A DNA stretch of 32,672 bases from an uncultured Pseudomonadota bacterium (GTDB lineage Bacteria; SAR324; NAC60-12): the NCBI GenBank assembly GCA_913020725.1, contig CAJWCD010000020.1, forward strand, positions 1 through 32,672, read 5' to 3'. Below the pieces are notes generated by a model. The model made no database searches. It was given only the letters and a program-made list of their open reading frames with translations, and had not been told where the DNA came from. Every line of letters starts with the position of its first letter. Positions within the stretch are counted from its first letter, which is position 1. This document shows, in pieces, positions 1 through 9,143 of the stretch. Both the position numbers and the translations under genes were made by a program.

Positions 1-1113
1 ACAGAAAAGATTGTGGTCGCTCAAATCCTGCCTCCGGAGGTGCGCATTCTCTCGCCTGCAAACGGAGTGGTCATCAATGGATCAGAGGCGACTCTCGAGC
101 TGGAGGTGAGCCTGCCGGAGGGTGCAGGGAGGGACACGGAACTCAAGCTCATCGTCAAGCTCAACGGACGCAGCATCGAATCCGGACAGCGCGGCATCAA
201 GAGGACCGAGGCAGATCCTGCCTCCGGAGTGGTGAGGCGCTTCTCCAGAACAGTGCCGCTGGATCAAGGAGAGAATGTCATTGAGGTGCTTGCCAAAAGC
301 CCAAGTGCGATCTCAAACCCGGCAGTGATCACGCTGAGCTCAAGACAGGCGGCTCCTGCGGATCCGTTCATGCCCAATCTCTATGTGCTCTCTGTTGGAG
401 TGAGCGATTATGAGAACAACGATCTGGACCTGCGCTTTGCCCACGCGGATGCAGAGGGCATTGCAAGAGCCTTCAAGAGCCAGCAGGGACGCTTGTTTGG
501 AGAGGTGAAGTCAAGGGTGCTCATCAATGAGGAGGCAACCAAGGGTGAAATACTCGACGGCTTCGACTGGATTGAACGTGAAGTGACTCAAAAAGATGTC
601 GCTCTCGTCTTTGTCTCGGGACACGGAGACAACGACAACCGAGGTAATTACTACTTTTTGCCGCATGATGTAAATCCGGATAAACTGCGTCGCACGGCAG
701 TTGTTTTCCGGGATTTCAACGAAATGCTTGAAGGACTTCCGGGCAAGACGGTGCTGATGGTGGACACCTGCAAGTCCGGGAATGTCACCGGCTCAAGAAG
801 AACCAAGGCAATCGCAGATCCAACAAGAGCGCTGATGGAGCTGATCCGCACCGAATCGGGAGTCGTGGTCATGAGCGCGTCGACGGGATCCGAGCTGAGT
901 GTTGAAAGTGATGAATGGGGTCATGGAGCCTTCACGAAGGCGCTGCTTGACGGACTGAAAGGTCCTGCTGATTTCAACAATGATGGAGTGATCACCTTGA
1001 CGGAGCTTAACCTCAGCATCACCTATACCGTAAAAGAGATCACCGGCGGAAAACAGCACCCAACTACTCAGATCCCAGCCAATATGCCTGACTTTCCGCT
1101 GTTTGTGAGATGA
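1..1113 (+). CDS. Caspase-like (peptidase C14, ortho/metacaspase type) protein with upstream Ig-like beta domain; 5' end lies outside the window
   Basis: Frame is open from base 1. Motifs: LYVLSVGVSDY...LRFAHADA, catalytic His in FVSGHG, catalytic Cys in VDTCKSG, ESDEWGHGAFTKALL, ADFNNDGVITLTEL, GKQHP. N-terminal PPEVRILSP...VPLDQGENVIEV is typical of the Ig-like domain that precedes such caspase domains. Confidence 0.85.
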   Translation, partial: TEKIVVAQILPPEVRILSPANGVVINGSEATLELEVSLPEGAGRDTELKLIVKLNGRSIESGQRGIKRTEADPASGVVRRFSRTVPLDQGENVIEVLAKSPSAISNPAVITLSSRQAAPADPFMPNLYVLSVGVSDYENNDLDLRFAHADAEGIARAFKSQQGRLFGEVKSRVLINEEATKGEILDGFDWIEREVTQKDVALVFVSGHGDNDNRGNYYFLPHDVNPDKLRRTAVVFRDFNEMLEGLPGKTVLMVDTCKSGNVTGSRRTKAIADPTRALMELIRTESGVVVMSASTGSELSVESDEWGHGAFTKALLDGLKGPADFNNDGVITLTELNLSITYTVKEITGGKQHPTTQIPANMPDFPLFVR

Positions 1114-1119
1114 GGACGG

Positions 1120-1160
1120 GCAGGGTGGATGAAACGCTGCACATCCGCCTTTGCAAGGCG
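1120..1160. repeat. Short hairpin between convergent genes (terminator or REP-like)
   Basis: GGTGGATG (1124-1131) pairs with CATCCGCC (1142-1149), with one G-U pair. An overlapping palindrome CGCCTT-TGC-AAGGCG spans 1146-1160. Confidence 0.4.
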
Positions 1161-1182
1161 TTGTCGCTACGCTTGAAACGCC

Positions 1183-2685
1183 CTACAAGTTTGTGGAAGG
1201 AATCCACCCCTTTGCCCGCTCCACGGCCCGGCTCCATTCGGCAAGGCGGGCGTCCGCCACGTTGCGCTCAAGTTGCGGGGTGAAGGTGCGGTCCTCCTGC
1301 CAGAGGGTTTGAATCTGCTCCTGATCGCGCCAAACTCCAGTGGCAAGTCCGGCAAGGAACGCCGCACCCATCGCAGTGGTTTCGATCACTTGCGGGCGTG
1401 TGACTGGCAGCCCCAGCAGGTCCGCTTGAAACTGACAGAGGAAGTTGTTTGCTGAGGCACCGCCATCAATGCGCAGGGCGCTCAGGGATTGTCCGGTGTC
1501 GGAGGCCATGCTGCGCAAAACTTCGGCGGACTGGAAGGCGATGGCTTCCAAAGCGGCGCGGACCATGTGGTTGCGGTTGGTGTCGCGGGTGAGTCCGACT
1601 ATCGTGCCCCGCGCATACGGATCCCAATGCGGAGCGCCCAGCCCGACAAAGGCGGGGACGATGTACACCCCTCCGGAATCGGCAACGGCGGTGGCCAGTG
1701 CTTCGGTTTGTGCCGTGTCTTCAAACAATTCCAAGCCGTCGCGTAGCCACTGGATCAGGGCACCCGCGATGAAGACTGCGCCTTCCAGCGCGTAGGTCAC
1801 GGTGTCCCCAAGTTGCCATGCGATGGTGGTCAGCAATCCATGTTCGGACGTGATCCGTTCGCTGCCCGTGTTGAGCATGAGGAAGCAGCCCGTGCCGTAG
1901 GTATTCTTGGCCATCCCCGGCTGAAAGCACGCCTGCCCGAAAAGTGCGGCCTGCTGATCTCCGGCGATTCCGGCGATGGGAGCCGAGCCACCAAACAGGA
2001 GGGAATCCACCTCGGCGATCACGCCACTGGAGGGTTTCACCTCCGGGAGTGTTTCGCGGGGAATGCCGAAGCGGGCGAGAATTTCGTCATCCCAAGTGCA
2101 GGTTTCAATGTTGAAAACGAGTGTGCGGGAAGCGTTACTGATGTCAATCGCGTGAACGCGGCCTCCGGTCAGTTTCCAGATCAGCCAACTGTCCACGGTG
2201 CCAAAGCAGAGCTTTCCGGAATCTGCGAGTTTGCGGGCCTCTGCATTGTTCTGGAGAATCCAGTGCAGTTTGGTTCCGGAAAAGTATGGGTCCGTCACCA
2301 GTCCAGTCTTGCGGCGCAGCACCTTGTCAAAACCCTCCTGCTTGAGTTCCTCACAGAAATCTGTGGTACGGCGGCACTGCCAGTTGATCGCCGGCCCTAG
2401 CGACTCGCCCGTTTCGCGGTGCCACGCAATGGTGGATTCACGCTGGTTGGTGATGCCCACTGCCGTCACATCCGCCATCGTCATTCCCGCCTTGGCCAGC
2501 GCCTCGGTGATGGTCTGTTGTTGGCTGCTCCAGATTTCCTCCGGATGCTGCTCCACCCAGCCGGATTGCGGATAGCGGCACTCCAGCGGTGCCCCCGCAC
2601 TGGCGATGACTTCTCCCGTGTCTCGGAAGAGGATCGTCCGGGAACTGGTGGTGCCCTGATCAAGAGCCATCACGGTTTTCGACAT
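1183..2685 (-). CDS. glpK: Glycerol kinase
   Basis: ALDQGTTSSR, GWVEQHP, GITNQRES, INWQCRRT, DPYFSGTK, GDQQAALFGQ, KNTYGTGCF, GLGAPHWDP, DGGASANNFL. ATG at 2685 has GGAG upstream; the ORF-track start at 2835 would overlap kdsD. Confidence 0.95.
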   Translation of the reverse strand: MSKTVMALDQGTTSSRTILFRDTGEVIASAGAPLECRYPQSGWVEQHPEEIWSSQQQTITEALAKAGMTMADVTAVGITNQRESTIAWHRETGESLGPAINWQCRRTTDFCEELKQEGFDKVLRRKTGLVTDPYFSGTKLHWILQNNAEARKLADSGKLCFGTVDSWLIWKLTGGRVHAIDISNASRTLVFNIETCTWDDEILARFGIPRETLPEVKPSSGVIAEVDSLLFGGSAPIAGIAGDQQAALFGQACFQPGMAKNTYGTGCFLMLNTGSERITSEHGLLTTIAWQLGDTVTYALEGAVFIAGALIQWLRDGLELFEDTAQTEALATAVADSGGVYIVPAFVGLGAPHWDPYARGTIVGLTRDTNRNHMVRAALEAIAFQSAEVLRSMASDTGQSLSALRIDGGASANNFLCQFQADLLGLPVTRPQVIETTAMGAAFLAGLATGVWRDQEQIQTLWQEDRTFTPQLERNVADARLAEWSRAVERAKGWIPSTNL

Positions 2686-2695
2686 GTGGTCTCCT

Positions 2696-3661
2696 TCAGT
2701 AAACGCCTGCTCGCAGGATATGGTAGATTTGTACGATGCCCACGGGGCGGATGTTGGAATCAGCGACCACAAGGCAGGTGATCGAATGGGTTTCCATGAG
2801 ATGCAACGCCTTCGCGGCCAACTCGTCCGGGGCAATGTGCCGAGGGTGCAAAGACATGAACTGCGAGAATGGCATCTCCAGAAAATCCTGCTGACGCTCC
2901 ACCAACCGCATCAGGTCTCCGGTTGTGAACACTCCGGAGATTTGCCCGGTGGAATCGTGGGCGACGACGATGCCAAGATTTTTTTTGGAAAGCGTGAGCA
3001 TCGCCTCGCGCATCGGGAGCGTTTCCGGAACCAGCGGCAGATGCTCGCCGGCCATCATCACATCCTTGACCCGCACGGTAAGCTTTTTGCCAAGGCTGCC
3101 TCCCGGATGGAAGACCGCGAAATCCTCTTCCTGGAATTTACATTTCTCCAAGAGGCACATGGCCAGCGCGTCGCCCAATGCCAACATCGCAGTGCTGCTG
3201 GCGGTGGGGGCGAGGTTGAGCGGACACGCCTCGCGGCTGACGGCAACGTTGAGATGCACATCGGCACTGCGGGCGAGGGCCGAATCCGGGTTGCCCGTGA
3301 CGGCAATGAACGGGGTGCCGGTGGCCTGAAGGTGTCCGGACATCTGCACCAGCTCGGCAGTTTCCCCACTGTAGGAGAGGGCGATCACAGCATCCTGCTT
3401 GGTGATGATGCCAAGATCGCCGTGGGCACTGTCGGCGGCGTGGAGGAACAATGCCGGAGTTCCGGTGCTGCTGAATGTGGCCGCGATTTTCTGACCGATC
3501 AGTCCACTTTTTCCGAGTCCTGCCACCACCACTTTTCCGGTACAGTCGTGCAGCAAAACGACCGCTTGCTCCAGTTCCGGACCCAGCCGTGCTACCAACT
3601 CTTCCAACCCCGCGATTTCTGTCCGGAGGGTGGCGCGGGCGCGCTCCAACATTGAGATCAT
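2696..3661 (-). CDS. kdsD: Arabinose-5-phosphate isomerase (KpsF/GutQ family, SIS plus 2 CBS domains)
   Basis: GLGKSGLIGQKIAATFSSTGTPALFLH, HGDLG, SYSGET, EACPLNLAPTASST, HPGGSLG, C-terminal CBS pair. Start is ATG 3661 or 3652. Confidence 0.9.
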   Translation of the reverse strand: MISMLERARATLRTEIAGLEELVARLGPELEQAVVLLHDCTGKVVVAGLGKSGLIGQKIAATFSSTGTPALFLHAADSAHGDLGIITKQDAVIALSYSGETAELVQMSGHLQATGTPFIAVTGNPDSALARSADVHLNVAVSREACPLNLAPTASSTAMLALGDALAMCLLEKCKFQEEDFAVFHPGGSLGKKLTVRVKDVMMAGEHLPLVPETLPMREAMLTLSKKNLGIVVAHDSTGQISGVFTTGDLMRLVERQQDFLEMPFSQFMSLHPRHIAPDELAAKALHLMETHSITCLVVADSNIRPVGIVQIYHILRAGVY

Positions 3662-3668
3662 GGGTGGT

Positions 3669-4178
3669 TTATTCCGGCAGAAACTCCGCATCCAGCACCT
3701 GCTCCAAGCTCCACGAACACTGCTCCGGAAACCGCGACAGTTTCAACCCGGTTTCCACAGAGGCCAGCTTGCGAGAGTGTTTGTAGGTGCGTTCAAACGC
3801 AGCCTGAACATGTCGAAGCAGGCTGGGGCTGTCCTCGATGAGTACAGTAACTCCTGTTCGGTGTTCAAAAATACTGAGTCGCCAACTCCGGCTCCTGCGC
3901 CTAGGTTGGAAACGGTACTTGAGCAGGTGATGAAGCACCACCACAAGGTTGCTAACTGTTGCGTGTTTTTGGCTGATCCCCATGTCCTCAACCTCTTCGA
4001 GCAAATTTGGAATGTCCAGTTGTTGCCAAGAACCTTCACGCAACAGCTTGGCTTGGTATTCGACCCAGAGGCAAAAGTCCTCGTTGTAGTCCGCTGGCTT
4101 GCCGGAAACCAGAGGCGACTCTGGTGAACGGAGAGGTGTGGGTTTCGGTGCTGTGACTTCCGCAGTGATCGGTTCCAT
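3669..4178 (-). CDS. DUF29 family protein
   Basis: YNEDFCLWVEYQAKLLREG...LDIPNLLEEVEDMG...LHHLLKYRFQP...SWRLSIFEHR...DSPSL...FPEQCSWSLEQVLDAEFLP matches the DUF29 pattern. Confidence 0.85.
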   Translation of the reverse strand: MEPITAEVTAPKPTPLRSPESPLVSGKPADYNEDFCLWVEYQAKLLREGSWQQLDIPNLLEEVEDMGISQKHATVSNLVVVLHHLLKYRFQPRRRSRSWRLSIFEHRTGVTVLIEDSPSLLRHVQAAFERTYKHSRKLASVETGLKLSRFPEQCSWSLEQVLDAEFLPE

Positions 4179-4197
4179 GAGAGGCTCCGGATGGGGT

Positions 4198-5328
4198 TTA
4201 GCCGTAAAGGATGCCCTGCCTCTGGAAGTGCCGCATGGTGGCGGAGTCCCGGAGATCGCCGGACTTGAGGATGATGGCGTCGGTGTGGTGCGAACCTTTT
4301 TTGCTAGGAAGCGAACCGCCCACTGCGAGCCGATAGGGTGGGATCACCGGAACGAGGAAGGTTTCTTCGCCCACTGCGCATTCCAATGGAGGCACCGACT
4401 CGCCCGTGTCCTCGTCAAAGATACGCTTTCCGGAGGCCATCACGACGCCGCTGGCGACAATCGAACCCTCGCCAACAATGCCGCAAATCTCGCACATCGC
4501 GCCAATTTTGGCGTTGTCCTCGATGATGGAGGCGAGTCGCCCTGCCGGTTCGAGAATGCCTTCGATGCCGGAACCGCCCCCAAGCTTGACACCCTTGCCG
4601 ACTTGGGCGCAGGAAGCAACGCGGACCCCGCCGTCAATCATGCAGCCGTAGCCTGTGACATGGGCGCCAATGTTGACGAACGCCAAGTTCATCACCACCG
4701 TCTGTGGGCCGATGTACGCTCCAGTGCGCACCATGCTGCCCGGTGCGTAACGCACCCCCTCGCGTTCAAACTGCTCGGCGGTGTAGTTTGCAGTTTTGAG
4801 GGGCACCTTGTCCCAATAGCCGCCGGCCATCATTTCGTTGGGGTGAGTGCCAAAATAGTTCAACACCCCGTCGATGGTGTAGGTCTGTGGCTCCCAGACC
4901 CCATTGATTTTTTCGGCGGCCCGGACCTTTCCTGCACTCAGAAGATCGATGAACGCATCGCATTCCTCTTGCGATGCCTTGTGCTGAGCGATGGATTCCA
5001 GCAGGTTGGCGCGAGAGGTTTCAACGGTTTCGATCCGCAAAGCTTCGTTGGATTTCAGGTTCAGCAAAAGCTCGATTTTCTGATGCCGCCCCGGATTTTG
5101 ATGGGCGAGTTCAATGTACTCGCTGAAGATGCGCAGACCCTCCTTTGCCGCCGCAAAATCAATGCGTCCCTGCTGGTCCGCGATCTGCCGGAACACCCGC
5201 AATGGACCGCCATTTCCGGGCAGGTTGGGCATGAGGGCAACCAGTTCGTCCTTGGGGTTGTAGAGCCGTAGCAGCACGGTTTGGTCGGCCTGCGGGACGG
5301 CTTGTAGATTCTCCTTGAAGGTGTTCAT
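4198..5328 (-). CDS. dapD: Tetrahydrodipicolinate N-succinyltransferase with an N-terminal DUF2322-like domain
   Basis: C-terminal ~270 aa has DapD motifs: GKVRAAEK, WDKVPLK, VRTGAYIG, FVNIGA, MIDG, SCAQVGK, GILEP, IIEDNAKIGA. N-terminal ~100 aa (FKENLQAVP...PGNGGPLRVF...AAAKEGLRIFSEY...NPGRHQKIELL) resembles DUF2322. Confidence 0.85.
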   Translation of the reverse strand: MNTFKENLQAVPQADQTVLLRLYNPKDELVALMPNLPGNGGPLRVFRQIADQQGRIDFAAAKEGLRIFSEYIELAHQNPGRHQKIELLLNLKSNEALRIETVETSRANLLESIAQHKASQEECDAFIDLLSAGKVRAAEKINGVWEPQTYTIDGVLNYFGTHPNEMMAGGYWDKVPLKTANYTAEQFEREGVRYAPGSMVRTGAYIGPQTVVMNLAFVNIGAHVTGYGCMIDGGVRVASCAQVGKGVKLGGGSGIEGILEPAGRLASIIEDNAKIGAMCEICGIVGEGSIVASGVVMASGKRIFDEDTGESVPPLECAVGEETFLVPVIPPYRLAVGGSLPSKKGSHHTDAIILKSGDLRDSATMRHFQRQGILYG

Positions 5329-5361
5329 GGGGAACAGCGGGTTGGGGTTGGAAAGCTCAGA

Positions 5362-6732
5362 TTAGTGATGCTCCAGCGGCGACTTACCGATTGGAAAGAC
5401 ATTGAACCCCAGCTCGAAAAGTCGCTGGTGGTCAAGATGGTTGCGCCCGTCAAACAGAAAGGCAGGACGCTCCATGCGCTCAAGGATGCGCGAGAACTCA
5501 AGGTTGCGGTACTCCTGCCACTGCGTGACAAGCGCGATGGCATGTGCCCCGTCAGTGGCCTCATAAGCATCATCGCAGAAGGTGATGTCTCCGTCTAGAT
5601 GCTTGAGGTCTGTGCGGGCGTTTTCCAATGCCTTGGGGTCATGGATGCGCACGATAGCCTTTTCGCGCAGAAGTCGTTCGCAAAGCGGAAACGCCGGGGA
5701 ATCCCGCGTGTCTCCAGTGTCGGGTTTGAACGCGAAACCAAGGACGGCGATGCGCTTCCCGGCGAGGGTGTTGAACTGCGTGGCAAGGATTTTCCGGAAG
5801 AAACGTTCGGTCTGCCATTCGTTGATGCGCACCACGCTTTCCCAGTACGCCGCGACCTCCGGAAGTCCATAGTGTTCACAGAGGTAGGCGAGGTGCAGGA
5901 TGTCCTTGCGGAAGCACGAACCGCCAAAGCCAATGCTGGCTTCAAGGAATTTTGGGCCAATCCGGGAGTCGGCTCCAATGGCACGGGAGATTTCAGAAAT
6001 ATCCGCCTCCGTACGTTCGCAAAGTGCAGAGATCGAATTGATCGAAGAAACCCGCTGCGCAAGCATTGCGTTGGCAATCAGCTTGGAGAGTTCGCTGCTC
6101 CAAACATTCGTGAGCAAAATGCGCTCGCGGGGCACCCAATGCGCGTAAAGGTCGGCCACCGTTTCTGCCGCCTTGCGTCCGGATGCGGTTTCCGTTCTGC
6201 CAATGAGGACGCGATCCGGATTAGCCAAGTCCACCATCGCCGTGCCCTCGGCGAGAAATTCTGGATTGGAAACCACCTCGAAGCGGGTTTCTGACGGACC
6301 CTGTTGGAGGATGCGGGCCATCGCCTCGGCAGTGCGCACGGGCAGGGTGCTTTTTTCAACGACGATCACCTCCGGACGACGAGCGTGTTGCAAAATATCC
6401 CGTGCCGTTTTTTCCCAGAACTGGAGGTCTGCGGCTCGGCCTGCACCTTCTCCGAAAGTTTTGGTTGGCGTGTTGACGGAAACAAAGAGAATGTCCGCCT
6501 CGGCAATCGCTTTGGGAATATCGGTGCTGAAAAAGAGGTTGTGCCCGCGAGCCGCTTGCACGACCTCCAATAGTCCGGGTTCGTAGATCGGCAGGTCGTC
6601 CGAGTTCCAGCGGTCGATGCGGTCCGGATTGAGGTCCACCACCGTGACGGTGTGTTCCGGGCAGTGCTGGGCGATAGCGGCCATGGTCGGCCCGCCAACA
6701 TAGCCTGCGCCAATGCAAGTGATGTTGGTCAT
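5362..6732 (-). CDS. ugd: UDP-glucose 6-dehydrogenase (animal/plant-like clade)
   Basis: CIGAGYVGGPT, SVNTPTKT, VVEKSTLPV, NPEFLAEG, WSSELSKL, catalytic Cys in GFGGSCFRKD, LGFAFKPDTGDTR. Confidence 0.95.
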   Translation of the reverse strand: MTNITCIGAGYVGGPTMAAIAQHCPEHTVTVVDLNPDRIDRWNSDDLPIYEPGLLEVVQAARGHNLFFSTDIPKAIAEADILFVSVNTPTKTFGEGAGRAADLQFWEKTARDILQHARRPEVIVVEKSTLPVRTAEAMARILQQGPSETRFEVVSNPEFLAEGTAMVDLANPDRVLIGRTETASGRKAAETVADLYAHWVPRERILLTNVWSSELSKLIANAMLAQRVSSINSISALCERTEADISEISRAIGADSRIGPKFLEASIGFGGSCFRKDILHLAYLCEHYGLPEVAAYWESVVRINEWQTERFFRKILATQFNTLAGKRIAVLGFAFKPDTGDTRDSPAFPLCERLLREKAIVRIHDPKALENARTDLKHLDGDITFCDDAYEATDGAHAIALVTQWQEYRNLEFSRILERMERPAFLFDGRNHLDHQRLFELGFNVFPIGKSPLEHH

Positions 6733-6749
6733 TTCAAGTCATGTTTTTG

Positions 6750-8393
6750 TTAAATCGTGAAAAGCGATGGCGCGAGATCATCCGGAATGGCTTTGCCGAG
6801 CAGCACGAAGTTGGTGGCAGCAACGTGGCTCAGGTTGTTGTTGTGTTCCGGACTGTATGGTTTCAGGTGGTATGAACCATCGTACTTGGGATCATAGATG
6901 AGGAAGGGCACGGGGTTGAGGGAGTGCTTGGTGCTGGGTTCCCAAGCCTTCGTCTTTTTATTACGAACCCGCATCTCATCGGCGTTGCCGTGATCGGCGG
7001 TGATCACCATCACACCAGCTGCCGCATCCACCGCTTCAAGCAGTTTTCCCAAGACCTCATCCACGACCTCGACTGCTTGGGTCGCCGCTTCCAAGTTCCC
7101 GGAGTGGCCCACCATGTCCGGATTGGCGAAGTTGATCAAGCCATAATCGAATGCTCCAGAACGCACCCACTCCGTCCCCTTGGCTGCGATTTCACGGGCC
7201 TTCATCGCCGGTTTTTCCGCAAAGCTTTGCACCTGATCGGAAGGAATGAAGTGGTAGTGTTCCACCTTGGGGTCCAGCGGTTCCTTGCGTCCACCGTTGT
7301 AGAAGAAGGTGACATGGGCGAATTTTTGAGTCTCGGCCAGCCGGAACTGCTTGAGGCCGAGTTCGAGGATGCGCTGACCAAAGGGATTCTCCACATGGGC
7401 GGTGCCGACAAGAAAATCCTCTGGAAAGGCATTGTCCTGATCGTATTGCGCCATACCTGCGAACACCACGTTTGGACGTGGGCTGCGGTCAAAGTGCGGG
7501 AAGTCGTCTGTAAGCAGAGCGGTGGTGAACTCAAGGGCGCGATCCGCACGGAAGTTGGTGAAGATGACCGAATGACCGTCCCCGATGGGGGCAACGGGTT
7601 GGCCGTTGCGGGTGATTATGAATCCCGGTAGGTCTTGATCGATCACATCCGGTTGGAGCTTACGGAAATGCTCGATGGCCCTTGCGATACTGGTGAACTG
7701 GTTTTCGCTCTGGCCCCGGACATGGAGGTTCCAGCCGGCCTCGACTTTCGCCCAATTTTGGTCGCGGTCCATCGTGACCTGCTCGCGTCCGCCTCCGCTG
7801 GCAAAAGCGTAATCAAGGTCGGGATTTTGTAGTTTGAGGTCGTGGAAGAGTTTTTCAAGTTGATCCGTGTAATCGGTCGCTGACTGCACGAAAACATCGC
7901 GTCCGTCCAACAGCGCGTGGACGTAGCAGCGCCGTACCCCGGAACGGAAGGCGTGTTCGATGAGGATACTGGTGTGGCCAATGTGACTGTGGATGTTGCC
8001 ATCGGAAAGCAGGCCGATCAGGTGCAGGGGGACATCATGGACCACGCAGTTTTGGATGAGTTTTCCCAGCACTGGGTTCTCGAAAAAGGCTCCGGAGCGG
8101 ATCAGGTTCTGGATCAGCGTCGGTCCTTGTTCTTTGATCTCGCCCGCCCCCATTGTCATGTGCCCCACCTCGGACCCGCCCAAGTCCTGCTCGTCCGGTA
8201 GGCCCACATACGGGCCGTGCGTCCAGAGTTGGGTGTAGGGGCAGGTTTTTACAAGTCGGGACCAGTTGGGCAGCGTGGCACGGTGGATCGCGTTGTAGTC
8301 GTCCTCATGCCCCACGCCCCAGCCGTCTAGCACGACATGGAGCAGCGGGCCACGGTTCCGGAACCGCTCGGTGAGGGAACGCAGCGTGGCCAT
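6750..8393 (-). CDS. gpmI: 2,3-bisphosphoglycerate-independent phosphoglycerate mutase
   Basis: VVLDGWG, catalytic Ser in GSEVGH, LLSDGNIHSH, DGRD, NFRADRA, AETQKFAHVTFF, NFANPDMVGH, TADHGN. Confidence 0.95.
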   Translation of the reverse strand: MATLRSLTERFRNRGPLLHVVLDGWGVGHEDDYNAIHRATLPNWSRLVKTCPYTQLWTHGPYVGLPDEQDLGGSEVGHMTMGAGEIKEQGPTLIQNLIRSGAFFENPVLGKLIQNCVVHDVPLHLIGLLSDGNIHSHIGHTSILIEHAFRSGVRRCYVHALLDGRDVFVQSATDYTDQLEKLFHDLKLQNPDLDYAFASGGGREQVTMDRDQNWAKVEAGWNLHVRGQSENQFTSIARAIEHFRKLQPDVIDQDLPGFIITRNGQPVAPIGDGHSVIFTNFRADRALEFTTALLTDDFPHFDRSPRPNVVFAGMAQYDQDNAFPEDFLVGTAHVENPFGQRILELGLKQFRLAETQKFAHVTFFYNGGRKEPLDPKVEHYHFIPSDQVQSFAEKPAMKAREIAAKGTEWVRSGAFDYGLINFANPDMVGHSGNLEAATQAVEVVDEVLGKLLEAVDAAAGVMVITADHGNADEMRVRNKKTKAWEPSTKHSLNPVPFLIYDPKYDGSYHLKPYSPEHNNNLSHVAATNFVLLGKAIPDDLAPSLFTI

Positions 8394-8395
8394 GC

Positions 8396-9124
8396 CTATT
8401 CGACCCGGACGATTTCTTCTTGAGGAAGCCGCGCCTGCAAGTGCGAAAAGGCAGCGTCCAAGTACGATTCGCTGCGGGATTCCAGCGTGAGCCGCACCTT
8501 GTAATCCTTGTTCCAGAGCGCAGGGTAGGAACCGAGCATGAGTTCCGGGAAGGTGTCGAGCGTTTTGTTGAGCACATCTGCGATCTGCCCCTCGTTGGCG
8601 CTGAGATAGATTTGTCGGAGGTGAATCGGATCGGACTGGAAGCGTTCCTTGAGCAACGAAAAGCGATTCTTGAGCAGTTCCGGGACACCCGGAAAGACAA
8701 AAACGTTTTCCACCAGCAACAGCGGGGTCCGCAAGGGTGGAGTGTCGATTAACTCTCCACCCTCTGGTATCCGGGCCATGCGCAGGTGGGCCTCGTTGGT
8801 GTCATCCCCGTAGAACGAACGCACGAGTTCTTCCAGCCGTGGAGGAGAGATGAGCTTGCGCCCAAAGGCGGCGGCGGCCGATTCGATGGTCACATCGTCA
8901 TGGGTGGGGCCGATGCCTCCGCTGGTGAAGACCCAAGTGTAGGCCTCCGAGTACTCCCGGACGTACTGCGCGATGACTTCAAGCTCATCGGGGATGGTGA
9001 TAATCCGACATAGCTCCACGCCGAGGAAACGCAATTCACGGCAGAGGTAGGGCGAATTGGCGTCCTGCACCTTGCCGGAGAGGATTTCGTTGCCGATGAT
9101 GATGATGCCCGCCGTGTTTGGCAT
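8396..9124 (-). CDS. CinA-like molybdopterin-binding (MoCF_biosynth) domain protein
   Basis: IIIIGNEILSGKVQDAN, VFTSGGIGPTHDDVT, VFVFPGVP, GSYP. No PncC C-terminal domain. Confidence 0.85.
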   Translation of the reverse strand: MPNTAGIIIIGNEILSGKVQDANSPYLCRELRFLGVELCRIITIPDELEVIAQYVREYSEAYTWVFTSGGIGPTHDDVTIESAAAAFGRKLISPPRLEELVRSFYGDDTNEAHLRMARIPEGGELIDTPPLRTPLLLVENVFVFPGVPELLKNRFSLLKERFQSDPIHLRQIYLSANEGQIADVLNKTLDTFPELMLGSYPALWNKDYKVRLTLESRSESYLDAAFSHLQARLPQEEIVRVE

Positions 9125-9143
9125 GTCCGGCCTTCAGTTTCCG

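Noticed and set aside
1183..2685. GlpK as the missing kinase of the SDR-transketolase islet
   Set aside because: It lies 27 kb away in a different operon and has all canonical glycerol kinase motifs; nothing links the two.
2686..2835. 50-aa N-terminal extension of GlpK in the ORF track
   Set aside because: It overlaps the kdsD 3' end. ATG 2685 has a GGAG RBS and gives a canonical GlpK N-terminus.
4099..5271. 390-aa plus-strand ORF, and similar long ORFs at 2684-3655, 9399-10670, 12091-12942 and 21562-22755
   Set aside because: These are antisense shadows of well-supported genes, expected with GC-rich codon bias. They contain no recognisable motifs.
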